A DNA stretch of 64,000 nucleotides from Oopsacas minuta (GCA_024704765.1 JAKMXF010000088.1:124001-188000); one strand, 5' to 3'. Numbered from the stretch's first letter, positions 33,537-46,414 are shown. Translations and numbers: made by a program. The notes: generated from the letters alone by a model not told the origin.

Positions 33537-35024
33537 ATGGCAGAATCATCTGATGTAGAACATTACTTACCGAATAAAGAGACAAATGTAGTGAAAAGTC
33601 CGGCAACTACTGATGACATTACTAGAAATCCAGATGAAATTGGAAATGTGAAGAGAGATAAAAGAGAACTGTTAAGACAGAAGAGCAAGAGCACTGCTGA
33701 TATTGAAGATGACATAATTCAGCGTTCTAAGTCTGATTTTGCTAATTCTTCAGAAATTTTTGTTGGAGATGATGAATCTTTCAGTATTGATGCAAAAGTC
33801 CAGTATTCAGGTTATCTATATAAACAACCGTTCGGACATAAGTCTAAGCTAAAGCGTTGGCAGAGAAGGTTCTTTGTTATAAAAGAAGGATTTCTCTTGT
33901 ATTACTCCGAGGCTGAGGGTAGAATCTTCGAGAAGGGCAATCTGTTCAATATCCATCCCAAGGGGGTGATCCCTCTCGGCGGCTGTACAGTGAGTAGATT
34001 AGAATGTCCAGGTCATAGAAACTCAATAGCCATTCATCATGAAAATTTCAGTGGTGGGGCTGTAGTAATGGCTACCTGTGGTAAAGAATCTCAAGACGTA
34101 TGGATTGATAAGCTTAAAGCTAGCAGTCGTGTAACCTGGAAGAATAGCGCTCTGGGAGCGAAGCTAGTACAAGAATACACTCAGCACACACAGGACCTTA
34201 TTGGAGAAAAACAGAAGTTCATTGAGAAGCTTGATCATGAGGTGGAGATTCTAGCTGGGGAGAGAGAGAAGAAGGATGAACTGGAAGAACTCTCTAAACG
34301 TCTGTCCGAAGAGAAAGCAAAGCTACAAGAGCAGTCAAATCAGTTTAAAGCTGAGAAGGGAGTGTCGGAAGCTGAGTTAGAAGAGGCGATGAAACAAATG
34401 AAATCATTAGATAAAGAAAGAGAAAAACTAAGAGAAGATAGCGAAAACTTACAGTCTATGTTACAAGTGATAGAAACTGAGAAAGATGAATCCATAAAGG
34501 AGCTCGAAAAGAATCTTGCTATATCGGAAACATTGCGATCTGAAAAAGAAGAACTTGTCAAAAAGACAGAGACACTGAATCAGGATTTAACTCAGTTAGA
34601 AGCCCGCTCCAGAGCGATATCAGAAGGAAAGTTCAAGGTTCAGAGGGAACTGTCTCTGCACATCAAAGAATCCTCTATGCTACAAAATCAAGCTGAAGAA
34701 TACCGCAAGCAGTACGAAGAATTGGAGTCACACATCAAAGACTTATCAGATGAGAAGTTAACTGCTGAGACCAAATACATCGCTGAGCATAAGAGCAGGA
34801 TCATGAGTGATAAGCGATTACGTCAGGCTGAGGCAGCTGTCAAACGTCTTGATGCTGCTCTAAAGGAGAGAGGCATCACCATTGACATAGATCTTGATAC
34901 TGATATAAAGGGATTGATTGGATTTTTTGAGGAAGTTATTGAAGAAGCTACATTTGAAAAACAGAAGCTGGATATAATGCGCTCAGCTGTCACTGCACGT
35001 CATACTTATGAACATGATAGTTAA
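33537..35024 (+). CDS. PLEKHD1: PH-domain + coiled-coil protein, PLEKHD1 orthologue, single exon
   Basis: KQPFGHKSKLKRWQRRFFVIKEGFLLYY, FNIHPKGVIPLGGC, VTWKNSALG and GFFEEVIEEA correspond to recalled PLEKHD1 motifs (KRPFG, FNIHPKGVIPLGGC, VTWKNAQLG, RFFEECI). Confidence 0.9.
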   Translation: MAESSDVEHYLPNKETNVVKSPATTDDITRNPDEIGNVKRDKRELLRQKSKSTADIEDDIIQRSKSDFANSSEIFVGDDESFSIDAKVQYSGYLYKQPFGHKSKLKRWQRRFFVIKEGFLLYYSEAEGRIFEKGNLFNIHPKGVIPLGGCTVSRLECPGHRNSIAIHHENFSGGAVVMATCGKESQDVWIDKLKASSRVTWKNSALGAKLVQEYTQHTQDLIGEKQKFIEKLDHEVEILAGEREKKDELEELSKRLSEEKAKLQEQSNQFKAEKGVSEAELEEAMKQMKSLDKEREKLREDSENLQSMLQVIETEKDESIKELEKNLAISETLRSEKEELVKKTETLNQDLTQLEARSRAISEGKFKVQRELSLHIKESSMLQNQAEEYRKQYEELESHIKDLSDEKLTAETKYIAEHKSRIMSDKRLRQAEAAVKRLDAALKERGITIDIDLDTDIKGLIGFFEEVIEEATFEKQKLDIMRSAVTARHTYEHDS

Positions 35025-35695
35025 TAGAAAATAATTAGATATGCATACTCGTACCATATTTAGGTGGGGATTAGTTAGTGGACTTTTGTATGTATATTCT
35101 TATACTCAGACACCTTTTTATTAATGTTTATTTTGTATTATCTTTTGGTATTAGCCAAAATTTGTTATATTTGTATAAACAGTTACGAATGCAGTTTTAT
35201 TTTTGTATATAACATTGATGTTCTATTTGTTTAACATTAAGTCCCTTAGAGTATAATAAGGAATACTGTTATTAACAGATTTGGTATATTTACCATGATT
35301 CACATTATTTTCATTTATTACATTTTTATCGATTACACGTTATTGTAATAAAAAAATTCAAATTTAACATATGATTACCATCGACGTGAAATGTCATAAC
35401 AAATGTTTGACAACTGTTTATACGATTATGTGATTTTCAGAGTCAAATATATGTCAAGCAAGATATTTGAAATTTCTTCAAGAAAAACTATGTTCCGTCC
35501 CGTGAATAAGGGAAGCCCCTAAAATGTTAATATATATGTACCAAACATCTCTAATAAATTGAACATTTGTTCTAACTACAGAATGCTCTGATTTTAACAA
35601 ATGATGATTATAGCCTATGTATAGACGTATTGATTAGAGAAGTAACACCAGAGATTATCAATTATTCCTTACATAATTAAGGTTTATCATAAATA

Positions 35696-36061
35696 ATGCT
35701 AAAACTCTCATCACTTACTCTATTCGTACGTAATCTGAAACAGGCATCTCAATTCTATCAGCAAGGTCTAAAACTGAATTTAATCTCACGAACAGAAGAT
35801 TGTATTCTGCTCAAGGCACCATGTGTGGATTTATTTATAAGTCTCCAACAAGCAACTCAAGAGAGTCACCTTTCCACTGGTTACTCCCCCCTGATTAATT
35901 TCATTTTCAAAACAGGAATTGACGAAACTATTCATAAACTAATCGAGTTGGGAGCTAGTCTAGACGGACATATTTTCTATGACACTCAAGGTAAGAGTGC
36001 CACACTCAGGGCGCCAGACGGACATATGATAGGACTCTATCAACCCGAAGATAGCTTATAA
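35696..36061 (+). CDS. Single-domain VOC/glyoxalase-like protein
   Basis: LFVRNLKQASQFYQQGL ... GYSPLINF ... KLIELGASLDG ... LRAPDGHMIGLYQP (VOC beta-alpha-beta-beta-beta pattern). Confidence 0.88.
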   Translation: MLKLSSLTLFVRNLKQASQFYQQGLKLNLISRTEDCILLKAPCVDLFISLQQATQESHLSTGYSPLINFIFKTGIDETIHKLIELGASLDGHIFYDTQGKSATLRAPDGHMIGLYQPEDSL

Positions 36062-36686
36062 TATACCTATTTTACTATTTGGTCTTTATTACGAGTTAAT
36101 ATTCAATATTGGGAAAGTGTCATATAAATTTGTGTGACTGTTTAAAATATTTAAAATTTTACATTTGATCATATATGTGACTACATAGCCCTGTCAACTA
36201 TTTATAAAACGCGTTAAGAGACTCTGTGGCAACAAGTAGCGGCTAGGATGGTTCAAGCTAGCTCATTTCGGATCATAATGTACCAGGCTTGGCGTCCATG
36301 GGATTTTTGTGTATTTATCCATGGGTATCCATGGCTATTTCTTTAATCTAATATCCACAAAATATCCAAAAGATTTAGCTTGTAAAATTCATATCTACGT
36401 ATAAATCTTAGAATTCTTTAGCATTGTATGTACCTTACCATATACCTACTACAGTATTTCACACTTATCCGATTGATTGAATTTATTCTTGTACACCGAA
36501 GTGACGGAACTTTAATATTACTGGCAAGCAGAGTGGATCATGGCTCAAGGAGCATGCGTCATGGTTCAGGATACGGTGTGTCACCAATAGTGGCCCTTTG
36601 TCTATACTCTACTCTTAAGTGTGATAATTATTATAAGACTGATCGCTATTCACTAGAAATTTTCTTTTTGTAGCTAAATCCTAAAT

Positions 36687-38177
36687 TTGGTTTCAATGGT
36701 ATCAATGTCTCATCCCCTACGCTATCTACGCCGTCGCTATCTCCCACCAGAGCCTATCATGCTCCTCTATTTCCTCTCAACTATGCTCGCTACTGTAGTT
36801 CAGCAGCAATTCGGCTATTACAGATCCTGTCTCTACATAGCAGGTGACAAGTGTAATTACACACTGAATAACAACGAGTCTCTACACGTCTGTGAGGAGA
36901 ACTCTAATATAGATCAAATGCAAGCTTTCGCTTCTTATCTCGCTCTAGTTATGAATTTGTGTTCATGTGTACCTACCATCTTCATGAGTCTTATTCTAGG
37001 ACCTCTGTCTGATTATAAAGGGAGGAAACTGGCTATTTTCCTGCCTATTTTGGGTTCGTTTTGTTATAATATTGTCAATTTATCCATCGAACTGTTCGAT
37101 CTCCCGCCTTACTACCTTCCCATTGGTTCTCTTCTACTTGGATTAGGCGGGAATTACCCAGTAGTAACAATGGCAACAAATGCATATTTGATGGATATCA
37201 CACCGGATAGATACCGGACTGCCAGACTTGCGGTAATCACAACCTTTACTAACATTGCCGGTTTTTTGTCAAACTTCTTTGGCGGGATGCTGCTAGAGAG
37301 ATTAGGTTTCAGATATATGTTCATGATTATAATATGTTTATTCGGTTTAACATTTATTTACACTGTTTTGATAAGTGAGTCTGTTAAGAAGAGAGATTTC
37401 ATCTCACGACAATCCACTCAATCTGAATCCACAGGAAATAGTATTAAGTATTTTATATTGGAGATGTTAAAGCCATTCAGGTTATTCTATCGTAACAAAC
37501 ATCCGATTAAATTCGCTATTCTGTTGATAGCTCTCGCTGCTTCTCTCACAGATATCTATGGTAACATTGATCTCTTCTCACTTTACGCTTTGAGTCCCCC
37601 TTTATGCTGGTTGCCACATTTAATCGGATGGTATTTCGCATTCGGTAACCTTGGCTATGTGTTTGGTATTTATTTGATATTACCCATTCTACTGAAATTC
37701 CATGTAAATGATTATCTCATTATTATCATAGCATCAATAGACACGATTATAATGTACGTACTAGTCGGGACATTCCATAGTCAACTTGTGTTGCTCATTG
37801 TAGTTCCTATTGTTGGTTGTCTGGTAACACTTTCCAACCCCAGTATTCGTTCAGTTTTAGTTAGTCTGATAGACCGAAAGGAGAGTGGGAGTTTGTTCGC
37901 GATAATTTCTGTACTGACAACTACTACTCAGCTGCTAGCTTCAGTTGTCTACAACGCGATTTATCCCACATTACGCCTATACAATCCAGGTCTTTGTTTC
38001 TATGTCATTGCAGTTACTGCTATCATACCGATAACACTAAGTGGTAGCTTGTACTTGAGTGAATTTTGCTTTAAGAAGAAACACCAAAAAGTTACTCTTA
38101 ATCACAACGTCAATGCAATCAATTCAGATTGTGACTTAAGTGATGAGAAAACAACTTTAATCAGTCATAATCCATAG
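36687..38177 (+). CDS. MFS transporter, SLC46 (PCFT/SLC46A3-like) family, single exon; the true ATG is probably 36696 or 36705
   Basis: About 12 TM segments; EP..LLY N-terminus, LGPLSDYKGRK motif A, AYLMDITPDRYRTARLA, and SIRSVLVSLIDRKESGSLFA. Confidence 0.88.
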   Translation: MVSMVSMSHPLRYLRRRYLPPEPIMLLYFLSTMLATVVQQQFGYYRSCLYIAGDKCNYTLNNNESLHVCEENSNIDQMQAFASYLALVMNLCSCVPTIFMSLILGPLSDYKGRKLAIFLPILGSFCYNIVNLSIELFDLPPYYLPIGSLLLGLGGNYPVVTMATNAYLMDITPDRYRTARLAVITTFTNIAGFLSNFFGGMLLERLGFRYMFMIIICLFGLTFIYTVLISESVKKRDFISRQSTQSESTGNSIKYFILEMLKPFRLFYRNKHPIKFAILLIALAASLTDIYGNIDLFSLYALSPPLCWLPHLIGWYFAFGNLGYVFGIYLILPILLKFHVNDYLIIIIASIDTIIMYVLVGTFHSQLVLLIVVPIVGCLVTLSNPSIRSVLVSLIDRKESGSLFAIISVLTTTTQLLASVVYNAIYPTLRLYNPGLCFYVIAVTAIIPITLSGSLYLSEFCFKKKHQKVTLNHNVNAINSDCDLSDEKTTLISHNP

Positions 38178-39428
38178 AAGCTTAAAAGCTATACTGTTGT
38201 TAAGTTGCTTTTGAATGCAATATTATATTAGTTATTAGTATTTCTAGTTTGACTTTAGAAATATATACGACTATAGGTAATATCATTTTATGTACTTGTA
38301 TAAGATATCTCATATATGTATTTCAGATTAACTCCAGGAGTTTGGTATGCTACTTTGATGTATATTTTAATATGTATGAAATAAATTCACCTTCTCTATA
38401 CTATGCTGTTACATTATTTATATATTCTCCATACGTGTGTGTAGTACCTGGGAAGACTCACCCGACCATAATTATCAGTTTATCAGTTGGCATCCAAAGT
38501 CCAAAGAACCCTTGGTGTAATTCTCGATAATCTTTGAGGAACCTCAAAGGACACCATCACAAAAAGAATTTATCGGAATGGTTAGTTTGCCATGAATCAG
38601 ATAGATCCCCATTTACCATATTTTGATCAGGGTTGGAGTTTAACCCGGGTTAAATTGTAAACACAGTAAATATTCAAAGTCTTCATAAATGAAGATTTGT
38701 AATCGTACAATTGGCTTAAAACCAAACCTTATTCAGTATGAATTTTAGGATTCATTCCAAATGAATATTTGTTTTAAATAATATTAAAATTGAGTTTCCA
38801 AAAAAGAGAAATATACTTCTAAAGTTTGATTAATCAAATTATAGTCTGGAAATCCTAAATTAGAGTCTCAAACACAGTTCAGGTAGTTTACCCAATAAAA
38901 TGAGGTATAGCACAGTGAAATAACCAGTTTTGACCATAAAATAGGGTTTAACCCGGTTTAAACCGGGGGGTGGGTTAAACTAGCCGATCCCCTTCTGATC
39001 AAATGTTAAATTTCATTATTGATACAGTTTGAAATCGGGTTTTATTATCGTCAAGTCAGTATAAATATTGTTTATTCGAAATTCCTATATACAATAATCA
39101 GATTATTTTGTCTTTGGACATCGGATTTTTTGTCCATAACTAGGGTCAGTGGGGTGTAAACAATTGAAAATCTGTTTGATTATTTGTCCTAGGGTAATTA
39201 TTAGCGATTTTTCAAAATACTGGATTAGTATAGTACATGCCCTTATTACTAGAAAATAATATGCAGCCTTCGTGGTTATTGTCAATCGGTGTATATTAGC
39301 TATCTAAATGGTCCTGTCTATCAGTATTTAGCATTATGGATTATTTTGTCAACCGGGTTATTTTGTCGTTTTGGCAGTGCAATCAAATGGACAAAATAAT
39401 CCGATTTCAACTGTATTTGATATTCAAG

Positions 39429-40004
39429 GTTAGAGCCTGGTGAATATTGTAAATTTGAAAAAGTGGATTGGGCGTTCTAATTCCCTCCCAAAATGGCTGA
39501 ATTTGTCCATCTCGCAAAAGTTTCGCTCAAACATTGCATTTGCAGCTTTAGCGATGAATACTGGCACATTTTGGAAAGTTTTTAATGTAAATTTTCAACT
39601 TCACTCTTAACTTTGGTTATTATATTTCCACAAAGCAGATTTTTTTCAGCTAGCTCAAAAGAGTTATTCAGGTTTAATGTTCGAACAAATTTCTATGAAA
39701 TAAATTTCAAACGTGGATAACTCCGTCAATTTTGGAACTACAGGGCTAGGAATACCGGGCTGGGAATAGCTGCATTCGATAGCTCAAACGATTATCTTTT
39801 GGCCTGATAGGTTAACTGGCCAAAGAGGGCTTTGAGGAGATTATAACCAAAGTTAAGGAGTGAGGTGAGAAGTTTCATTAAAACATTTCCAAAATACTAA
39901 TATTACTCGCTTAAACTGCGAAGTGTATAAATTCAGCAATTTTGGAACAGGATTAGAACGTTCAATCCACTTTTCGAATAGACAATATTAGCCAGGCTCT
40001 AACC
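39429..40004. mobile_element. Non-autonomous element with about 55-bp imperfect TIRs; a partial second copy at about 61720-62098
   Basis: GGTTAGAGCCTGG..AATATTGT...AAAAGTGGATTG..CGTTCTAAT at both ends. 61890-62098 matches 39845-40004. Confidence 0.65.
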
Positions 40005-40259
40005 AATCTTAACTGATGCATTATATATTTGAACCCAGTGATCATTTGAGTTATTAAAATGTACTAGTCGCATGCACCTATGGAACTAAGTGAGCGATAG
40101 CGAGACAAATTAAAAATCCAACAATTTGAAGCAATATATTTAACTAATCCGAAAAGCATATCCAACTCATCAACGAGATATTGCTTCCAAAGACCCAAAC
40201 CAACAACCAAGAGCTGGTAAAACATCCGAACAACACCCGCACTCGCTCCCATCCAGCCA

Positions 40260-40408
40260 ACCCGTCTCTAGCTCGAACGCTTCTTTCCGCAGCCCGACCT
40301 ACCCAGCCCTTAGAGCCAATCCTTTTCCCGAAGTTACGGATCCATTATGCCGACTTCTCTTACCTACATTGTTCTATTGGCCAGAGGCTTTTCACCACGG
40401 AGACCTGA
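40260..40408 (-). rRNA. Isolated 28S (LSU) rRNA fragment (pseudogene-like)
   Basis: The plus strand CAGCCCGACCTACCCAGCCCTTAGAGCCAATCCTTTTCCCGAAGTTACGGATCC...GCCGACTT..CTTACCTACATTGTTCTA...CCAGAGGC..TTCACC..GGAGACCTG is the antisense of the conserved eukaryotic 28S block next to expansion segment D8. No other rDNA is nearby. Confidence 0.88.
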
Positions 40409-40656
40409 ATGAGCAATATTGACATCAATCCTAATGTAAAATCTTCACTATAGTAAAAATTCCCAAATTTATAGGCTCATGTGCCTAGTACATTTAACCA
40501 AAACTAAAATCACACACTTTATTATTTGTATTTTAGAGCGAAGAATAACAAACTAAAAAGGATGGGGAGGACATTTTTTCTGAAGTACCATATTATGTAT
40601 CTAGCATGGAATGCGTGCCTAAGGCTGGTTGATATTGATTTTAATCAAAATTTTTC

Positions 40657-41284
40657 ATGTCCGATTGTCAAACTAGTCCTGACACTATAATATTGGATCG
40701 AGTAACGCTGGGCACTATTAGAGGTATACCCAACGATGATCCACCTAAAGAAACAACTGTAACAGCCCATATACCCATTGCAAAGAGAATCTGGTTATCC
40801 AACCCTAGATTGAGGAGTACCTTAAAGCAATACACGAGAGTTGGATTATCGCCCCAAGAATTCACAAATTTTATGCAGATCTTGATCAGGACTCTTTTCA
40901 AGAATACATTGCTGACAGCTATGCCACATGTACGGATCACAATACTATTCTCATTCTTCCGGATAATAAGAATATCTCATTTCTAAAATATTTGTCATCT
41001 CTTGAACCTATTTCAGGAATATTCCAATTTCTATCTTGAACGAAGAAGAATTGGAGTTTGTTGTGGACCTAGCAGCTGGTATTCCTGGTACAGCTCAACG
41101 GATAGATATATTGAACAGAAAGATGGTGAACTTTAAAACGTTGTCTCAATCTTACCCCCTTGAAGCCCTTCCTTCTGCACTCATCCGTCTCCACCCACTT
41201 GTTTCTGGACTACTACTCAAAATCATCGAGAAAGTTGAATATTGGTTTAATGTTCAATCCTCAAATCCAAACGAAGCGCGCTAG
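40657..41284 (+). other. Possible degraded or spliced coding remnant of unknown function
   Basis: Two adjacent protein-like ORFs and an acceptor-like TTTCAG at 41011-41016, but donor and acceptor phases do not reconcile and no motif was recognised. Confidence 0.25.
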
Positions 41285-43496
41285 TACAGTGGAAGCCGCT
41301 TAATCGGGACAGCTTGGGAGTCAATGTTTTGTCCCGATTTACCGATTATAGTTTATTTAAGTATTCAAAACTAGTTTTCATGTTCTCATAACCAGAAATA
41401 TATTATACTAGTAAATCCCGATTTATATGGGTCTAGTAGAGAAAGTAGTTGTAGTAAGGGTATAGTCCCGCTTCAAGAGAAAAAAAGCGTTAAGATATTT
41501 AGGTAGAAAGTAAAGTTAAAAGGGCAATTGGTTGTTAAAAATGCACCATTTTTAAAGCACTGATAAACGATCACTAGTGCGTCTTCGATTCCAGAATTAA
41601 TATCAAGGCATCTAAGGATGTTTATATATAAAATATAAATTTTTGTAATTATAAAGTTGTCACGTAACTGAGTTATGTTAGGTACCATGGATGGCACATA
41701 TTTCGGCAATATCGACTTTTAACTCGATAGTTATCAAATAATTCCAACCAATATGTATTATTTACCCAACAAACATATGACATTCCATCTAATGCAAATA
41801 TAGAAATTCGATCTAATGCAGCATGCAGGCGTCCCCGTACGAAATTGCAATTATGTACGAAATCGTTAACAGCGAAACTTGGAATCACAATTCATGAATT
41901 AAGGGGTTATTTCACCTGAAGTCTATATTACTAAATTGCCATTTTGTTTGTGTGTGTTGTCCGTTGTGAAGGAAAGATTTATGGAATGTTGTATCGATTT
42001 CGAATTTCTCAATACTGAGATGTCGCCAAACTATGAATTTATCGCGTATACAGAAAATATAGAATGTGCTGAGTCTGATTTCCACACATTTACATTAATC
42101 ATATGTAAATTTATTTGTGTTTTTATGAATATAGTGTAAACAAGAAGTTGAAGTCTTAAAATATACATAGAGACTTGCTCTTAACGGCTACAATGGGTAA
42201 CAAAGTAAGCTGAATTCGAATTTCGTATTTTCATGTTTCTCATATGTAAATTTATTGTTGTTTTTATGAATAAATAATATTAATTTAACTGACAGGACAG
42301 GGGTTGTTAACCGAATTAAGGGCGCGGTTAAAACCTTTTCAATAATAGCAGATAACAGCTGTAAGTATTTTTTAATACAATCAATGAGGTTTAGCTGCTA
42401 ATAGCCACAATTTTTTCCGTTCGTTGATAACAGCTTAGCTGTTTCCATCCATGTTAGTTGTTGATCTCTTTTGAAGTATAAGCATATGTAAAATCTTGAA
42501 ATCATTGCTCTGAAATTGTACTATATTCAATTTTGGTCCAAAGGTTTTCTATTACCTAAGTCATCGTCGCATATGAATATGTATGTTAATTTGGAGCCTA
42601 TGTAATATACAGGATTGCAAATGTACGTATACAGTTTTGCAACAAACGGCAATCCTTTGGCCTTTTGTTATTTGAAAATCCTTCCTCCCAGACCCCGAGG
42701 GTAAGAGTCAAGTATACCATCTGAGGTAACTACGAAATCTGCAGTATAATTTATTTATGAATATACCTTGTGATGTAGTATGGGATTCAGAGCTGCAAAT
42801 TGAGTTATCACACATTCATTTTAACCTATTCCAATTTGGGAAGGAGTAATATCCAATTTTCCACACTCCAAACCCCTACCAACTTTCAAGGGATTCATCC
42901 AACTTGTCCAGGGTTTTACTTGAATCACGGATCAGTTGCGGACCCATGAGTTTTATAAGGAGGTGCTCAGAGAAAACGAAGGGATCAAGGTTTTGGGGAT
43001 TTGCCCTCAGAAATACTTTTTGAATCTAAAGATGTCAATAAGCCCAATATATAGTTATAGTACCTAGACGTAAATTTAATAAATACAGTTTTGCAACTCT
43101 GATGTGTTATGTAGTCTAGCATTGCCTATTAGTGCCTAAATAGCTTAAAATATATAAAAGGCTATTTCGGATGAATTCACCAATCCTCTGCTTGCGCTTT
43201 CTGTTGTAACAAAATTATAATTCAAGTTGGGGGCCGTTCAAACATTACATAACGCTACAAGGGGAGGGGGTGGTATGCGAAGTGTGACAGCCCCATTCTT
43301 TTTGTATTACAAAACGGTGAAAAAGCGTGACACAGGGAGGGAGGTCAAAATTTAGGAAATTTTGCGTTACGTAACATTTGAACTTCCTCCTTACATAAAA
43401 ACATACCTGAAACAACAAAAAATATTTCAATAATACACAGCATCTATTAACTATTATTCATAGCAAATACGTTTAACTTGTGGAGAGAGAAAATAT

Positions 43497-44436
43497 TTAC
43501 AAAAGATTGCATTTAGAGGAATCTCTTGCTGCCTCTCTACTGTGTGTACTCCCAACATTAGAATTATTTTTTTGTTTTAAAATGTATTCGTTTCGCTTCT
43601 CATTTTCTACAATCAAACTAGCAAGAGAGACAATTGCATACTCAACTTGTTCATGTGATTTACAACTAACTTCAAAGTAGAGTAAGTTATGTGCATCTGC
43701 GAATTCTTTTCCAGTTTCATAAGAAATCTTTCGATTTCCAATCAAATCGCAATTGTTTGCGACTAACATTATCTTAGTTTTTTCTTCAGCAAGCTTCAAT
43801 GCTTTGGACAAATAAGACTCGAGTATACCTAAAGAGAAGGTAGATTACCCCCCAACAAAATTTATGTTTATGAGTTGAATTGATGAACCTGCTGAATCGC
43901 AGAGGTAATTTTGGGATACAAGGGTAATTAGGTGTTTCAAGCGTAGTAAAAGTTATGGACGTTCGCACCTTCGACAATATAATGACCTATTTTCCCTTTA
44001 TGGATTATCGAATGGCCAATGTTGGCTGATTAATTTCCAATGTCAAATATGTTATGATACATATCAGGGCTGTCCAACTTAGCCAGTCCCTACCCTGATC
44101 CCAAAGGTTTTAGTGACGTGTATAGAATGCTATGCATATCATACCGAAGGAATAGAGATCTGTGACATCATACACCATAATAATACCATGTGCTTTTATG
44201 TAGTAGGCTGGTGAAATTTGTGGATAAATCTCACTCCCAGCAGTGTCCCAAAATCGTAATTTTATCCTAACTTCATCAAGTTTGATTATATGAGAAGAGA
44301 AATCAACCCGAATAGTTGGGTCATATAAAGTATTCAGTTCTATATTACTAGCAAAGTGCTTTCTAATACTTGACTTTTCAACTTGTTCAGATCCTACTAT
44401 CGTAATGTTAAAAGAATAATCAAAATTATCTGTCAT
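43497..44436 (-). CDS. Divergent Rab-family small GTPase A (exons 44145-44436 and 43497-43828; 207 aa; C-terminal CNLL)
   Basis: Rab layout with PTIRVDF, IKLRFWDTAG, AYYIKAHGIIMVYDVT and YFEVSCK; phase-1 GT-AG intron. G1 reads GSEQVEKS and G4 reads NNCD. Confidence 0.88.
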
Positions 44437-46414
44437 CTTGAAAAGTTTTCTGTTGTGTATTGTTCTACGTACAAATATTCAATAATGCCATTAATATTTA
44501 TCTAACATTTCCATTTTATACTAAACGACCCATAGGGTTTGATGGCTTTGACAGCTCGGATCTTTCATGCGTCATTTTCCCAGTGGTATACAGACATCCC
44601 TCACCGTTCGCATGGATACTTTCTCGAAGATTGCGAACAACAAATTCTCGAACGGTGAGACTGTAGTTTAATGAGAATAGTGGTGTAGGGTTCCCTGAAT
44701 TCAAGACAGGACACAAACGGTCTACTAAATACAATCAGATGAATAATGGACAATAGCTATGGGTTTAATAACAGGATCGATTCACTAATTGAGTTGAGAA
44801 TCAGGAGTTTAATAATACTTAGGTGGGCAAAGAATGGCAAATTCTGGTTTCTTATTAAAGAACTTTTTCCCTTAATATATTTAAACTTCTCAATACAGTT
44901 GAATTCGGGTTATTTTCAGAGCATTAAAGTAACGCCGTCCAATTATGATTCAAGAGCGGAAGGTGGAGTAGTTCTCTATTTTTGAATGAGCACACACACA
45001 TGGAGCCCGCTCCTATTTAATTGTAAACAATTTATAAATTATATCGTTATTCTTGCTAAAAAGTTGATGCTGGAACACTTTTGTATTATTCACAATTTAT
45101 TCAAATGAAAATGAGGAACGCTTAATGCTTTGGTTATTTTGACACCGGATTGTATTGTCTCATCGGTTTTTTTGTCGTTTTAGTAATGGAATCAAATGGA
45201 CAAAATAATCGCTTCGCTTGCTAGGTCGCTGTGTGATAGCTTAGTGCCTCAGGTTAGCTTAAGAATTAACAGCTAGATTTATTAGTGCTTGTTGTCGCTA
45301 CACGACGGTATATACTCAGCGCTACTTGCCCCGGGTATGAAACAGAAGGAATTTAAATTTTTATTATCCCTATGGTTCATCCAAATTACATTCAATGGAC
45401 TTAGTTGGTAACGCTGGAAGTCCCAAGTGGCCTTTGGTATGTAATCTTGGCACTTCGTACCGTTTGTATTTGGTCAAAATCATGACGTCAGGACATTTGG
45501 TACATTGAGGGTAGGGATCGACCGGGGCCCCGGCCGAAAATTGTGCCCTCGGTCGATCCCTAATTGAGGGGCACCTGTGATTCAAATTTCAAACTTCTAT
45601 CATGTATATTGGCTGAGCAGTGGTTAATAATGTGATTTTCGAGAAGTCAAAATGGTGACAATGACGTCATAATTGCGTCATAGGTATGAATTTTCGTCCA
45701 AGACTCGAACTTGTCCTGCCAGGCCCAATATACCCCTTACCAACAATCAGCCCTAGGGTCTTCCAGTTTCTTCAATCAGTTCTAGACATACAAACATCTA
45801 TATATTATACTGCAATTAATCTGTATACAGGCACCCTCGCCGTTCGCGGTTTCGACTATTCGCGGAATATTTTGTGTCTTGTTTCGACAAAAGATACAAA
45901 ATATTCCGCGAGTAGTCGAACTTTTATCCAAATGTAAATCGATGAATTTTACATTTGAATAAAAGTTAAGTCTAGAAACTATTCGTATAAGTAACATATT
46001 TTACCATTCTTTGCCCACCCAAGTATATAACTATAGATAATCGACTCAATTAGTGAAACAGAGGTCTCATCTGAGTCAGGCAACCCGGACACCCTAAGTG
46101 TGCATAGTATAAATTTCGCGGACCTCCCGTTCATTCGGACCCCTAGAATAAATAATAACGTAAATCAATGTATCGCATAATTCCAATTGAAAACAATAGC
46201 TGAGAATAATGATAAGCGGGTACACAACTACACATACAAGTTCTAGAAAAATCTAATTAGTTGTAGACTATACTGTTAACAACCTTTTCAAGGAGTAAAT
46301 ATGTGAGCTCACTAACTGAGCAGAACTAAAGAATACTACGTAACAAACATAAGATCTAAAAACAAGCACAAACACAAACGCGATAGAGAGAGCTAATACA
46401 TTGCAGTAATTCTA

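Noticed and set aside
38911-38917. Second CACAGTG as a partner TIR of the RAG1-like element
   Set aside because: It is on the wrong side and orientation, has no similarity beyond the 7-mer, and lies inside another repeat.
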